Below, one piece after another: positions 29,082-41,101 of a stretch of 64,000 nt of DNA. The position numbers and the translations under genes were made by a program. Source of the DNA: Eledone cirrhosa. Its lineage: Eukaryota. The stretch covers positions 9,176,001 through 9,240,000 of the forward strand of contig OZ024764.1 of the NCBI GenBank assembly GCA_964016885.1, in the 5' to 3' direction. Position 1 is the first letter of the stretch; each line of letters begins with the position of its first letter. The notes under the pieces are model-generated. The model did not search any database, was not told where the DNA came from, and was given only the letters and a program-made list of their open reading frames with translations.

Positions 29082-29995
29082 CATGTTTACAGTGTGGACT
29101 GGGAGCCTTTTTACCATGTCTCCCACATGACCACTTTACAGTGTGGTCTGGGAGCCTTTTTACCATGTCTTCTACATGACCACTTTACAGTGTGGACTGG
29201 GAGCCTTTTTACTGTGTCTCCTACATGACCACTTTACAGTGTGGACTGGGAGCCTTTTTACTGTGTCTCCTACATGACCACTTTACAGTGTGGACTGGGA
29301 GCTCTTTGTTGTGACACCTACATGACCACTTTACAGTGTGGACTGGGAGCCTTTTTACTGTGTCTCCTACACGACCACTTTACAGTGTGGACTGGGAGCC
29401 TTTTTACTGTGTCTCCTACATGACCACCTTACAGTGTGGTCTGGGAGCCTTTTTATGGTCTCCTGCATGACCACTTTACAGTGTGGACTGGGAGCCTTTT
29501 TACTGTGTCTCCTACATGACCACCTTACAGTGTGGACTGGGAGCCTTTTTACCATGTCTCCCACATGACCACTTTACAGTGTGGACTGGGAGCTTTTTTA
29601 CTGTGTCTCCTACATGACCACCTTACAGTGTGGACTGGGAGCCTTTTTACCATGTCTCCCACATGACCACTTTACAGTGTGGACTGGGAGCTTTTTTACT
29701 GTCTTCTACATGACCACCTTACAGTGTGGACTGGGAGCCTTTTCACTGTCTCCTACATGACCATTTTACAGTGTGGACTGGGAGCCTTTTTACTGTGTCT
29801 CCTACATGACCACCTTACAGTGTGGACTGGGAGCCTTTTTACTGTGTCTCCTACATGACCACCTTACAGTGTAGACTGGGAGTCATTTTGCTGTGTCTCC
29901 TACACAACCACTTTACAGTGTGGACTGGGAGCCTTTTTATTGTCTCCTACATGACCACTTTCCAGTGTGGACTGGGAGTCTTTTTGCTGTGTCAC
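29082..29995 (-). repeat. 49-bp minisatellite (~18 copies) within a SINE B-like element
   Basis: Unit ccactttacagtgtggactgggagcctttttactgtgtctcctacatga; preceded by the SINE B 3' part (28932-29085). Confidence 0.9.
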
Positions 29996-30611
29996 TGACA
30001 CAATGGACGGAAATGGGAGCATATATTGGGTTAAGAGGTGCTTACTGACTGTAGGTGTATATGCAAGGGAAGGTGGGTCATTTGTACAATAGCATGGGGC
30101 CAAAGATCTCGATCCAGTGTCACTGTCTTAGAGAGATGTAAATGAGCAAGGTCAGTTTTTATATATATATATAAATAGGGAGACACAAAGCAGGCTTAGT
30201 TTACAAACAGTTAGGGAATTTGAAAATTAGGTAGTAACATGTGCTTACGCAGTATTTGACTAAATAGAATTAAATGCATTTTATATACACACATACATAT
30301 ATATATATAGAGAGAGAGAAGAAAATATAATTTATTTACATATACATAGAAAAATATAATTTATATACAGGAAAGTATCTGAGCCCTTATTTTACATATT
30401 TGATTTAGAGAAGGGGTGAAGACTGGCTTAATTTGTGTAGGTTTACTCTGTATGTATGTTTGTATGTATATATATATATATACATACACACATATATATA
30501 TATGTATACATATGTTTATATACACACACGTGTATATATATATAATCATCCTCATCATATATATATACACACACACATGTATGAATATATATATACACAC
30601 ATGTATGTATG

Positions 30612-30643
<32 letters not shown>

Positions 30644-30884
30644 TGTATGTATGTATATATATATATGTATATATATACATGTGTGTATGTATAAACACAT
30701 ACATATATGCACATACATACACACACACACACACACATAAATAATTCAATATACATACATATATACGTGCGTGTAAGTACATATATGTATATATAAATAT
30801 ACATATATATGTATATATAAATATACATATATATATATATACATATATATGTATATATATATATACATATATATGTATATATAA

Positions 30885-30931
<47 letters not shown>

Positions 30932-30950
30932 TATACATACACACACATCA

Positions 30951-31875
30951 TCAATGAGACTTGATACAAACATATAACCCAACATGAACAATACTGTCTC
31001 TATCCTTGTCAAACGACTCTTCATATGTCCATCCATGACCATCCTTCCTCGTGGCAAGGACACAGTGCTCATAGTCCAGAGTCCTGTAGGCTAGCAAATA
31101 CCTCTGACCTTCAGCCGAATTGTTCAGCCAACTGATGGCCTTCATGTGACCCTCGCACTCATACACACGCGCACAATTGTCGGCTAGAAACTGCTCAGCC
31201 GTACCAGAGGGGTAGTTATCGACAACATCGAACAGTGTGTAGATGTCGTAAAGGGCCAACCCGAACCAGTGTCCGTAGCATTCATAAAAAGCCCTCAAAG
31301 CAGTCGAGGGCAGCGTGCTCCAGAAACTTTCCTCCCACTGTGAGCCCTCAATTTTCTCTCTAATTCGGCTGATGTTACGCAAGATACTCCGTAATGGAAC
31401 GTTCAAATGGAGCAGACGTCTGTAACAGCGGAAACTTTTGTAGAATTGTCTCAGTTGACGAGAATACGAGAGTGACATGTTAAGATCTAACAGGTACTGT
31501 TTGTAGTGGTCGTTGTTCTTGTTAGGGTTACTGTTAGTGATAGTACCATTGAGGTTGGTTGTGGTGTTTGTGTTGGAAGTTGTGGTGCTGTGGGAGTTGC
31601 GGTTGGTTGTGGTGTTTGTGTTGGAAGTTGTGGTGCTGTGGGAGTTGCGGTTGGTTGTGGTGTTTGTGTTGGAAGTTGTGGTGCTGTGGGAGTTGCGGTT
31701 GGTTGTGGCGCTTTTGGGGTTGTTTGGGTTACTGTTAATGATGTTGGAGTTAGGGTTGGGGTTTGTGATACTAGTGTAGGGATATTTGAAAGTGGGGTTG
31801 GTATTGGTTGTGGTGGTGTTATTTGCAGCGCTAATGTTAGTTGTGATGTTGGGGTTGATAGTGGCAGTAGTGGTT

Positions 31876-31907
<32 letters not shown>

Positions 31908-33572
31908 AGAAATCTTATACATGTTTGTGATGTTGATGTTGTTGCCGCTGTTGTTCTGGATGATTTTTCTATTGGGGAACAGTAGCTCTAGGTAATATCC
32001 CTGCTGGAAAGCACACGAGAGCCTCACCATTGGAGATTCTCGTTCTTTGATCCTCAAATACTTCAGCTTTTGGAAGCTGTTGTGGCACGACCGAAGGAAG
32101 TCGAAGGAAGATGAAGGAGTTACATATAAATAATTCCTCAGATTATCCAGGGAGACTTCCATGTATTGTTTCGCTTCCTGCACGACCCCGTTTTTTCTCT
32201 TTAGCTTCACCTTCTTCCTCTCCAGGGGCTCGGGCGAGGATGAGTAAATCACACGGGATTTGGCAAAGTCTTTTCCTAAGTTGCTTCTATGTTTAATAAA
32301 AGGGTTGTTACCACTACTACCACCACCACCACCACTGCTACTACTACTACCATTAACACCACAGCTATTACCAACACTTCTACCACCACCACCACCAGCA
32401 ACACCTCTACCAATAGCATTAGTACTACCACCACCACCACCACATCTACCAATATCATTAATACCACTACCACCACCACCACCAGCAACACCTCTAGCAA
32501 TAGCATCAGTACTACCACCACTGTGATCTCTGCGCCACACCCCAGGGACAGTGGAGGCATTCAGGAGTCTGCTACACGAGGTGCCACCTTTCATAGGACC
32601 TACGTTGACACCAACCCTCTCAGGTTTCTGTTTATACGACGAGGGTGTCGTGATGTTTGAAGTTGGGGTCCAAATACTACACTTGGTATCCCCAAGGAAG
32701 AGTTTGTCTATATTTCCCTGCTGCCTCAACAAACGACCATAAAGCTGTTTGTCATCTATTGAATATCCAACATGGCTTCTCACCGGTTGTTGATGCTGCT
32801 GCTGTTGTTGTTGTTGATGCTGTTGTTCTGTTTTTCCTTGGTTTTCTCTATCTTCTCCTCCTCCTTCTTCTTCTTCTTCCTCAACTTTGCAATCTGGACT
32901 GAACGCTACTGCTGCTGCCTGGCCTGTCCACCTGCTACATTGAAGTTCGTCTCTTCCGTGACAAGGGTCAAAGTTCAGCAAGACCGAAGCAAGACCACCA
33001 CCACCACCACCACTACCATCACCTCCTCCACCTCCATCATCACCGCCGCCTCCAACACCACCACCATCACCGCCGGACGACGACAGACCCAGTTGTAAAC
33101 ACTCGAACAGGAATTCAGGGGTCGGCTTTTTCTCGTCTTCTTCCTCCTTAATGGTGGTGATGTTGGTACTGTTGGACATTGTGTTGTCGGTGGTGGTGGC
33201 CGAAGTGAGCCGAAGTTCTTTGGTCAATTGGTCAGTATAGATCGTTAAATCCTGGCCCACCTCGTCGACAACAATGGAAGACCTCTTCGGTGTTTTCTCC
33301 ATCAACATTCTCAACGGTCGATATTTCTCGTCGAAGTAACGCAACGCCAGTTCGATCTCTCGTCCCCTTGATTGGCCACCACCACCACCACTACTGCTAT
33401 TAGTAGCGACCCGCCTACTGTGAGTTTCTGTTGTTTTTGTCTGTGGGGATGATGATGATGGTGGCGGCCATATTTCGGACAAATAGCCGTTGGTCGTGAT
33501 TCCAGCTTCAAAAACATCCAGCCACATTTGTTTGACCACTTCGATGTCTTGGTCAAACAAATATAATCCCAT
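30951..33572 (-). CDS. Uninterrupted ~873-aa uncharacterised protein with Gly-, Gln/Glu- and Asn/Thr-rich linkers
   Basis: Stop-free 2.6-kb ORF in a higher-GC island. The first ATG (aagATGg) is at 33572; the track start at 33626 is TTG. All trinucleotide tracts and a 48-bp x3 repeat stay in frame; globular-looking blocks lie between them. Confidence 0.8.
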
Positions 33573-33664
33573 CTTGCTCCCTTCTCTCTCTCTAAATATA
33601 TATATTGTCAAGTCAAGAGTACTCAAACTATACGGTCATATAAAAAGATCAACTCGTGGTGTGA

Positions 33665-33965
33665 GTAGGTTATTCCTGGAAGGAAGGTTTGCGGGTAAGA
33701 GAAGCAGAGGCCGGTAGCCAAAACTCTGGCTTGATGATGTCAACTTATGGACTGGACTTGATCTTTGCTCCTTCAACTCTGTTGTTGGTGATCAAAAGGT
33801 ATTATATATTCCTGGAAGGAAGGTTGGCTGGTAAGAGAAGCAGAGGCCGGCAGCCAAAGCGATGTTTTGATAATGTCAACTTATGGACTGGACTTGATCT
33901 TTGCTCTTTAAACTCTGCTGTTGGTGATCGAACTTTATGAAGAGAGATGTCACATGTTGATGCGC
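33665..33965 (+). mobile_element. RTE-type LINE ORF C-terminal fragment, tandemly duplicated
   Basis: Translates as LEGRLAGKRSRGRQPKRCFDNVNLWTGL, typical of RTE/BovB-like C-termini; two ~135-bp copies. Confidence 0.7.
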
Positions 33966-34335
33966 AGTCTCTAACTGGCGGAGTTTAGTGTCACAAGAAG
34001 AATATATTGTTGTTATTCTTTAAAGGGGAGAGAGCAACACAAACGGGTGGAAAAGAACGGTGTTAATATGTAAATCCAGTTGTCGTTTGTTCAGTGTTTG
34101 CAGAAAGAGGAATAGAGTTTGGTCTGTTGTTGTGGTGGGACGGCTTTGTCATATGTAGTAGCAGTACATATAATAATATTAACTATATAAATATAAAATG
34201 ATGATAGTAATATATATCAACACCGTTATAAAATAAACAACGGATGTTACACCGGTGTAGCTGTTTCAGAAGTCCCTCTTGCTTTATATTACCGCCACGG
34301 ATTGGGTTATCAAACCACGAATTTGGTAAACACGC

Positions 34336-34367
<32 letters not shown>

Positions 34368-35199
34368 GCATACGTACATGTGTGTATGTGTATATATCCC
34401 CCCCCCCTCTCTCATATATATATATTTAGGTTTGTTGGTTCACCACTGGTACACCAGTCTAGCCTCCTGTTATTTTATAATATATATATATATATATATA
34501 TACACACGTACGTAATTGCTACCAGGAACACACTCTCTCAATAAGAAGTGGAAGAGGCATGATTAGAAATATTTTAGCCCCTTTAATACAAACGAACCCT
34601 GCCAAAACCAGCTTTCGTTCTATGAAACAAAACCACCCATTTTAAAGTGTTCTTTTTTAAATTAAAATCTTGCAACAATTTTATGTAAAAACTATGTTAA
34701 GAAACAACATTTCCAGATATCTGGTGTTTTATTTTAAAACAGGGACACAAGTAAATACGCACACCGGTATTCTGTGTTTTTGTTAAGGCAGCGCCATCTA
34801 ACGGAACGAGGTAAAAAAAAACATTTTTTTTCAACTTCCGATCTTCACGAAACTCTAAATTTCTCCAGACTCGGCATGTTAGGAGATGGATAAAAGAGAA
34901 AACAACTGTATTGGATGTGTTGTCTGGTTTACAGTATGAGGTGAGACTGTAATGCGTGTGTGAGAGAGACATAAAAAAAAGCAATCATAAAACTTCCTTA
35001 TTAGGTTGGGGGAGTAAACTGCCAATTAAATGGTAGCATTGGCCTTGGATTTCCCTTGCCGTCTTCTGGGGAAACGCCTTCTCCATTCTGTCCGCCGGGG
35101 CTGTGGGTGGGCCCCATCGCGTACCGTTGTAGTTGTTGTATACAGATATTAACTCATCAATCCCATTGTCCTAATACCTAAATGAATACTACAAATACT

Positions 35200-35346
35200 A
35201 TAGTCAGTATGATCTTTTTCAGCTCCAAAGGACCTCATCTGAAACACAGCAATATACTGCATAACATTGCTTCTGAAGTGTTTAGCTTTGTTAGTACGGA
35301 CTGTAAGTAATATATGGATAAAAGCTGGAGGGTAGATTAATTTCAA
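35200..35346 (-). mobile_element. Helitron Rep/helicase N-terminal fragment
   Basis: PPAFIHILL...KHFRSNVMQYIAVFQMRSFGA resembles the Helitron motif F..NIR.YN..FQMTSFGA (recalled, not searched). Confidence 0.55.
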
Positions 35347-35482
35347 ATAGTATCAATTTTTCTTTGTTCTGTAAAATCAAAGACTGTAAAACTACTTTAT
35401 AAAACCTAATGCAATATTGTTAAACGTTCTTATAGATCAAAGGATCTATAGTTTAAACTGTTTCTAGACTTTAGTGGGACGT

Positions 35483-35850
35483 CTCTCTCTCTCTCTCTCT
35501 CTCTGTATAACAGCCTATCTCTCTCTCTGGCTCTGTGTCTCTCTCTCTGTATAACAGCCTATCTCTGTGTCTCTCTCTCTGTATAACAGCCTCTCTCTCT
35601 CCCTCCCTCCCTCTGTGTATCTCTCGCTGTGTATAACAGTCTCTCTCTCTCTCTAGCTCTCCCTCTGTATAACAGCCTATCTCTCTGGCTCTCGCTCTGT
35701 GTGTCTCTCTCTGTATAACAGCCTCTCTCTCTCCCTCTGTGTGTCAGCCTCTCTCTCTCTCTCTCTAGCTCTCCCTCTGTATAACAGCCTATCTCTCTCT
35801 CTAGCTCTCCCTCTGTGTGTCTCTCTCTATAACATCCTATCTCTCTCTTT
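35483..35850. repeat. (CT)n-based repeat with ctgtataacagcct units
   Basis: Direct. Confidence 0.9.
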
Positions 35851-35900
35851 AGATGTGTGTGTGTAGTTTTCATCTGAGTCAACCAACCAATAAACATCTT

Positions 35901-35931
<31 letters not shown>

Positions 35932-36083
35932 CAAGGATTAAAATACTGGAGCATGTTGGAGTTAAACACCCTCTTCGTATTATAGAAATGACAGTATAAG
36001 ATATAGCTCAATGTAATTAAACAGAGCCGAAGAATTATGAAAGTAAAACAAAGAAGCCTTCAATACATCAAAAGTCTTTATTA

Positions 36084-36121
36084 GCCAACAATGTTTCGTC
36101 CTATTAAGGACTCATCAGGGC
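36084..36121 (-). ncRNA. Canonical minimal type I hammerhead ribozyme
   Basis: Minus strand: gcc-CTGATGA-GTCC-ttaata-GGAC-GAAA-CATTG-TT-ggc; all core nucleotides intact; lies in an element (36037-36345) with ~60-bp inverted ends. Confidence 0.85.
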
Positions 36122-36664
36122 AATTAAAACAACAAGAAGTATTATCGGCCTATACAAGCCGAAAACTCCGAAGAATATGGAGTGTACATACACTAAAGTA
36201 TTGCAAGATTATGGGTAAAAATATATAATAGAAATATATAATAAAAATCACTAAGGAGGTGTATAACATTTAGAACCATATTACAAACATTGTTGGCTAA
36301 TAAAGACTTTTGATGTATTGAAGGCTTCTTTGTTTTACTTTCATATATATATACATATATTTATATATATATGTGAGTCCCAGGTTCAATTGGGAGTAAC
36401 CACAGTTAGTAAGGTACTCAATACATTACTAGAGTGTAAACATCAGGTTTAATATAGAAATGGTTTCTACAGGGCTAGGAATGAAACATATTCAACAATG
36501 AAAAATATAGTGCCATCTATATATATATATATTCTTTTGTCACATCACCAATCTGAAGAGCAGATCGATACTGGAGTGAGGCCCATAACTCCTATGGGGG
36601 ACCTTGAGCCAATCCTCAGTGAAACATGAGTAACAGGTCAACACACAATAAATATCTTTCACAT

Positions 36665-37010
36665 GGAGGCACGTGGCTTAGTGGTTAGAGCATTGGCCTT
36701 GCAATCGTAAGGTTGTGAGTTCAATTGTCGGACCGGGTGTTGTGTTGTTTCCTTGAGCAAGACACTTTATTTCACATTGCTCCAGTTTACTCAGCTGTAG
36801 AAATGAGATGATAGGGACTGGGGTCCCTATCATTCCACTGCAAAGTGGTCGTGGAGGTGCCATGGCAAAAAAAAGCACCCAGCACTCACTGTAAATGAGG
36901 TTGGTGTTAGGAAGGGCATCCAGCTGTAGATATCAAGCCAGAATCAGTTCCCGTCCCACCCTTGCAAGCAGGGAAAAAGAGGACGTAAAATGAAATGATG
37001 ATGATGATGA
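36665..37010 (+). mobile_element. SINE family B, full copy
   Basis: Same as 4588/9118. Confidence 0.85.
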
Positions 37011-37236
37011 TTAAAGAGTTAAACAAGATTTAATGAGTACATCAAAGAATAAGTTTTACAGTAGATTGGATTAAATCTTAACCATTTAACTACCTTGATT
37101 AAATCTTAACCATTTAACATCTCAGGGTATGTCATGTATCATTATATTTTGTCTGATGAGGACGTAGTGTTGTACCTGAAATATGTATAATAAAATTTAA
37201 TTGATCAAAAGAACATCTATTTTATTAATATTTGTA

Positions 37237-37284
<48 letters not shown>

Positions 37285-37346
37285 TACTCTTTGTTCTTGA
37301 ATGTTTGGTTGGTAGAGTCCATAACACCAATCAAACCCCTTTTATA

Positions 37347-37391
37347 GCTCTGACGAATCCTACGGTTACGTAAGGAAGAAACATTGTAAGC
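37347..37391 (+). ncRNA. Type I hammerhead ribozyme motif
   Basis: gct-CTGACGA-a-tcctacg-gtta-cgtaagga-a-GAAA-CATTG-TA-agc; downstream tail is homologous to that of the 36084 element. Confidence 0.7.
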
Positions 37392-37807
37392 CAATAAAAA
37401 TCTTTTGATGTTGTAGACGCTCTTGTGTTCTTTATCATATATATATATATATATATACTAGGTATTAAATTAACAATGAAAATAAAAACAACAAAGTCAA
37501 GTTATTTTACCTATTCATGTCATTGTTTTACGATTGTTTCTGAGGGTTGATCATATTGACATATTATCTGATCTATAGCAGTTATATAACTATACTATCA
37601 GACTTCATATATAGGTTCAATCAAACTGTCTTCTTCGGAAACTTTTCTATGAATTACTCAACATTGGATTACATTGAGTTCTATCTACAGTACGGACCCT
37701 ACCACCTAGGGTAGACCACACCGAAAAAAAAATATATATATATATATAAATTAATAAAAACAATGAATAAAAACAAAGAAACAGTTCCTTATATTAAAAA
37801 TTTCATC

Positions 37808-37935
37808 ATTTTACGATCGTTTCTAGGATATATATGTGTGTGTTGGTATGTATATCATATAGATCTATGTAAAAGTTTTACAAACTATCAGAGGGAATAT
37901 ACATACCTACACATATATATGCTGTCTTCAGAAAT
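37808..37935 (-). ncRNA. Type I hammerhead motif with long stem II region; decayed tandem partner at ~37525-37645
   Basis: Minus: attt-CTGAAGA...GAAA-CGATCG-TA-aaat (palindromic stem III, 4-bp stem I). Confidence 0.55.
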
Positions 37936-38463
37936 AATATGTATTTTTCATCGAAAAAATGTTGAGTACATCTTCTCTTTTCATGATATTTGGATTACAT
38001 TGAGTTCTTCATATGGATTGGACACTACCGTATATTTTGGTAGATTTATCTATATATATATATATATATATATATGTATCAAATCAAAATGCCGAGTTAA
38101 AAACTCACAATATTCCCTTATAATTGAATAAGCTTAAGGAAGAAAATCCGAGCTGTTTATAACACAGTAAAGAGAGAAATAGACATATGTATGTGTAAAG
38201 TTCTCTCTTTACAATATATATATATATATTTAATATAGAAATGGCTTCAACAGGACTAGAACTGTTTCATTCAGGAGAAATCATACTCTGCTATGTATTG
38301 AGTACCTTACTGTAGTTACCCCTGATTGAACTCGGGATACACATATATATATATAATATTTGCAAGAGATGTCAACATGAATGGACCTGTTATTTTTATC
38401 TAAAGATATTTTTTTCTAATTCCAACCCGCCCGTCCCCTCAATCTATCTTATTTCTCATTCTT

Positions 38464-38499
38464 TCTTCTGATGAAGGACTAGCGTCCGAAACGTTAAGA
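38464..38499 (+). ncRNA. Minimal type I hammerhead ribozyme
   Basis: tctt-CTGATGA-a-GGAC-tagc-GTCC-GAAA-CGT-TA-aga. Confidence 0.8.
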
Positions 38500-39929
38500 C
38501 CCTCTTCCTGCTATATCAAGCGTTAACCTAATATATCCCTTCCATATACTGTTGTTATTTCTGTTTACACACATACATACATATATATATATATATATAT
38601 GTATAAAGAGTCGGGTCACCAGTTGGTGCTACTGGTAACATGTATCCCAGTACAACCTGTCTCATGGTCTGGTCGTTGGCGACTAAACTGGCAACCCCAC
38701 CAAGGTTTCTTGGTGAGGAGGGTGACTTTGGACATCCTGCAGGAATAAAAACAAAACCTGTCAAAGGGCAAAGGAGCTCTTAAGAGTCAATGGCCATCCA
38801 AAATCACCGGGAGAGATGACCCCTTAGCCTTTGTCAAGGCAGAATTCTAGGAGAAGGAAAACTCTGATATAACACCTGCAACCCTGATGGTATCCAATGA
38901 TGTTGACTTGTTCTTCTTTTTGGTAAATATCATCTTGGTTAAGAGAGTGGGACTGGCTTTGTGCAGTGCCTTTGCTCACTATAAAAGCTTCACGGCACAG
39001 GCATTGCTTTATATCTGGAGATCTCTCTGCACTTGTCGTCACACGGTACCATGGGCCCAGCACTATGTGTCAATAATTGTCACAAGTGTAGTGTTTGTAC
39101 CAGAGTTTTCAAGTCGCTGGCTGGACTAAAAAGTCACATTCGTTCAGCGCATCGGTAGGGGTTCTCCTACATGGATATAAAGTAGTGGCCGTACTCGAAA
39201 ACGAGTTGGCAGCCACCATGTATAAAGAGAGAGAGAGAATTTATGTTAGGGGACATTACTCTGGCAATTTCCACACATACAGAAATACCAAGTCAATGCA
39301 AGTTCAAATCACACACATATATCTGGGATTTAGGGGAAACCAAGTAATTCTAGGTTACACACATAGAAAAACCTAGTTTATAGGTTCAAATCAAGCCTTG
39401 GTAAATGAGAGACAATTCAAGATGGAATGTATGGAAAACCCAGATTTACAAATCAACAGAACTTCCTTGTTTTTCTCTAATATATACACACTGCCTGTGC
39501 ATAGTGTTTGCTTTGGTACCAACACCAGTAATTCACTGAATCACCTACACTAGGTGTATAATATGACCAATGACATTAAGAAAGGCATGAACAACACCAC
39601 ATCTTTTTTTTACTTCAATTTTGAAAGTAAATTTATGTGTTCATTTTCAGGGTACTTTTGTAGATGTCTTGTTTGCCTAGTAGTAGATATTAGAGACTGT
39701 AGAGATCCAGGTCTGGAGTTCAATCCTGTTCAGGACTTAAACTAAGGATATATTAGAAAACTTTTCATTTTTATTTTTATTTTTATTTTTTTTTTAATTT
39801 TTTTTTTATTTTTTATTTACCATCTTTTACAAATCATCATCAGGCGACCTCAGCTGAAATCAACTCCACAATTGATCCCCACGTTGTCAAGTCCTGGATT
39901 TCAATACCAGAATCTCTGGAGATGACATC

Positions 39930-41000
39930 GGGATAGGAGAGCTTGTGTCCCCTGTTATTAATTGACTGCTTGTGGTTTCCAAAGCACTAATGGAGACACA
40001 GCGTCAGAGGTGGCACGATGGCAGTGGCCAGTAAATTGGGGTAGGAGAGCTTGTGGCCCCTGTTATTAGTGACTGCTTGTGATTTCTATAGCACTAAAGG
40101 GGACACAGCGTCAGAGGTGGCACGATGGCAGTGGCCAGCAAATTGGGATAGGAGAGATTGTGGCCCCTGTTATTAGTGACTGCTTGTGGTTTCCAAAGTA
40201 CTAATGGAGACACAGCCTCAGAGGTGGCACGATGGCAGTGGCCAGCAAATTGGGATAGGAGAGCTTGTGGCCCCTGTTATTAGTGACTGCTTGTGGTTTC
40301 TATAGCACTAATGGGGACACAGCCTCAGAGGTGGCATGGTGGCAGTGGCCAGCAAATTGGGATAGGAGAGCTTGTGGCCCCTGTTATTAATTGACTGCTT
40401 GTGGTTTCTATAGCACTAATGGGGACACAGCCTCAGAGGTGGCACGATGGCAGTGGCCAGCAAATTGGGGTAGGAGAGATTGTGGCCCCTGTTATTAGTG
40501 ACTGCTTGTGGTTTCTATAGCACTAATGGGGACACAGCCTCAGAGGTGGCACGATGGCAGTGGCCAGTAAATTGGGATAGGAGAGCTTGTGGCCCCTGTT
40601 ATTAGTGACTACTTGTGGTTTCTATAGCACTAATGGGGACACAGCCTCAGAGGTGGCAAGATGGCAGTGGCCAGCAAATTGGGGTAGGAGAGATTGTGGC
40701 CCCTGTTATTAGTGACTGCTTGTGGTTTCTATAGCACTAATGGGGACACAGCCTCAGAGGTGGCAAGATGGCAGTGGCCAGCAAATTGGGATAGGAGAGA
40801 TTGTGGCCCCTGTTATTAGTGACTGCTTGTGGTTTCCAAAGTACTAATGGAGACACAGCCTCAGAGGTGGCACGATGGCAGTGGCCAGCAAATTGGGGTA
40901 GGAGAGATTGTGGCCCCTGTTATTAGTGACTGCTTGTGGTTTCTATAGCACTAATGGGGACACAGCCTCAGAGGTGGCACGATGACAGTGGCCAGCAAAT
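39930..41000 (-). repeat. ~107-bp tandem repeat (~10 copies)
   Basis: aggagag recurs at ~107-bp spacing. Confidence 0.95.
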
Positions 41001-41101
41001 CTTACTCTCCTCTTACGACAGATATGTGTGGGAGGCCGGCATATATCTCTCTCAAAGTCAGATGTCACCAGCTAATGTTCTGAATGCATCGAAGTAGGCG
41101 A

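Noticed and set aside
31506-33556. Short ORFs overlapping the large CDS
   Set aside because: Antisense or alternate-frame shadows of low-complexity coding sequence.
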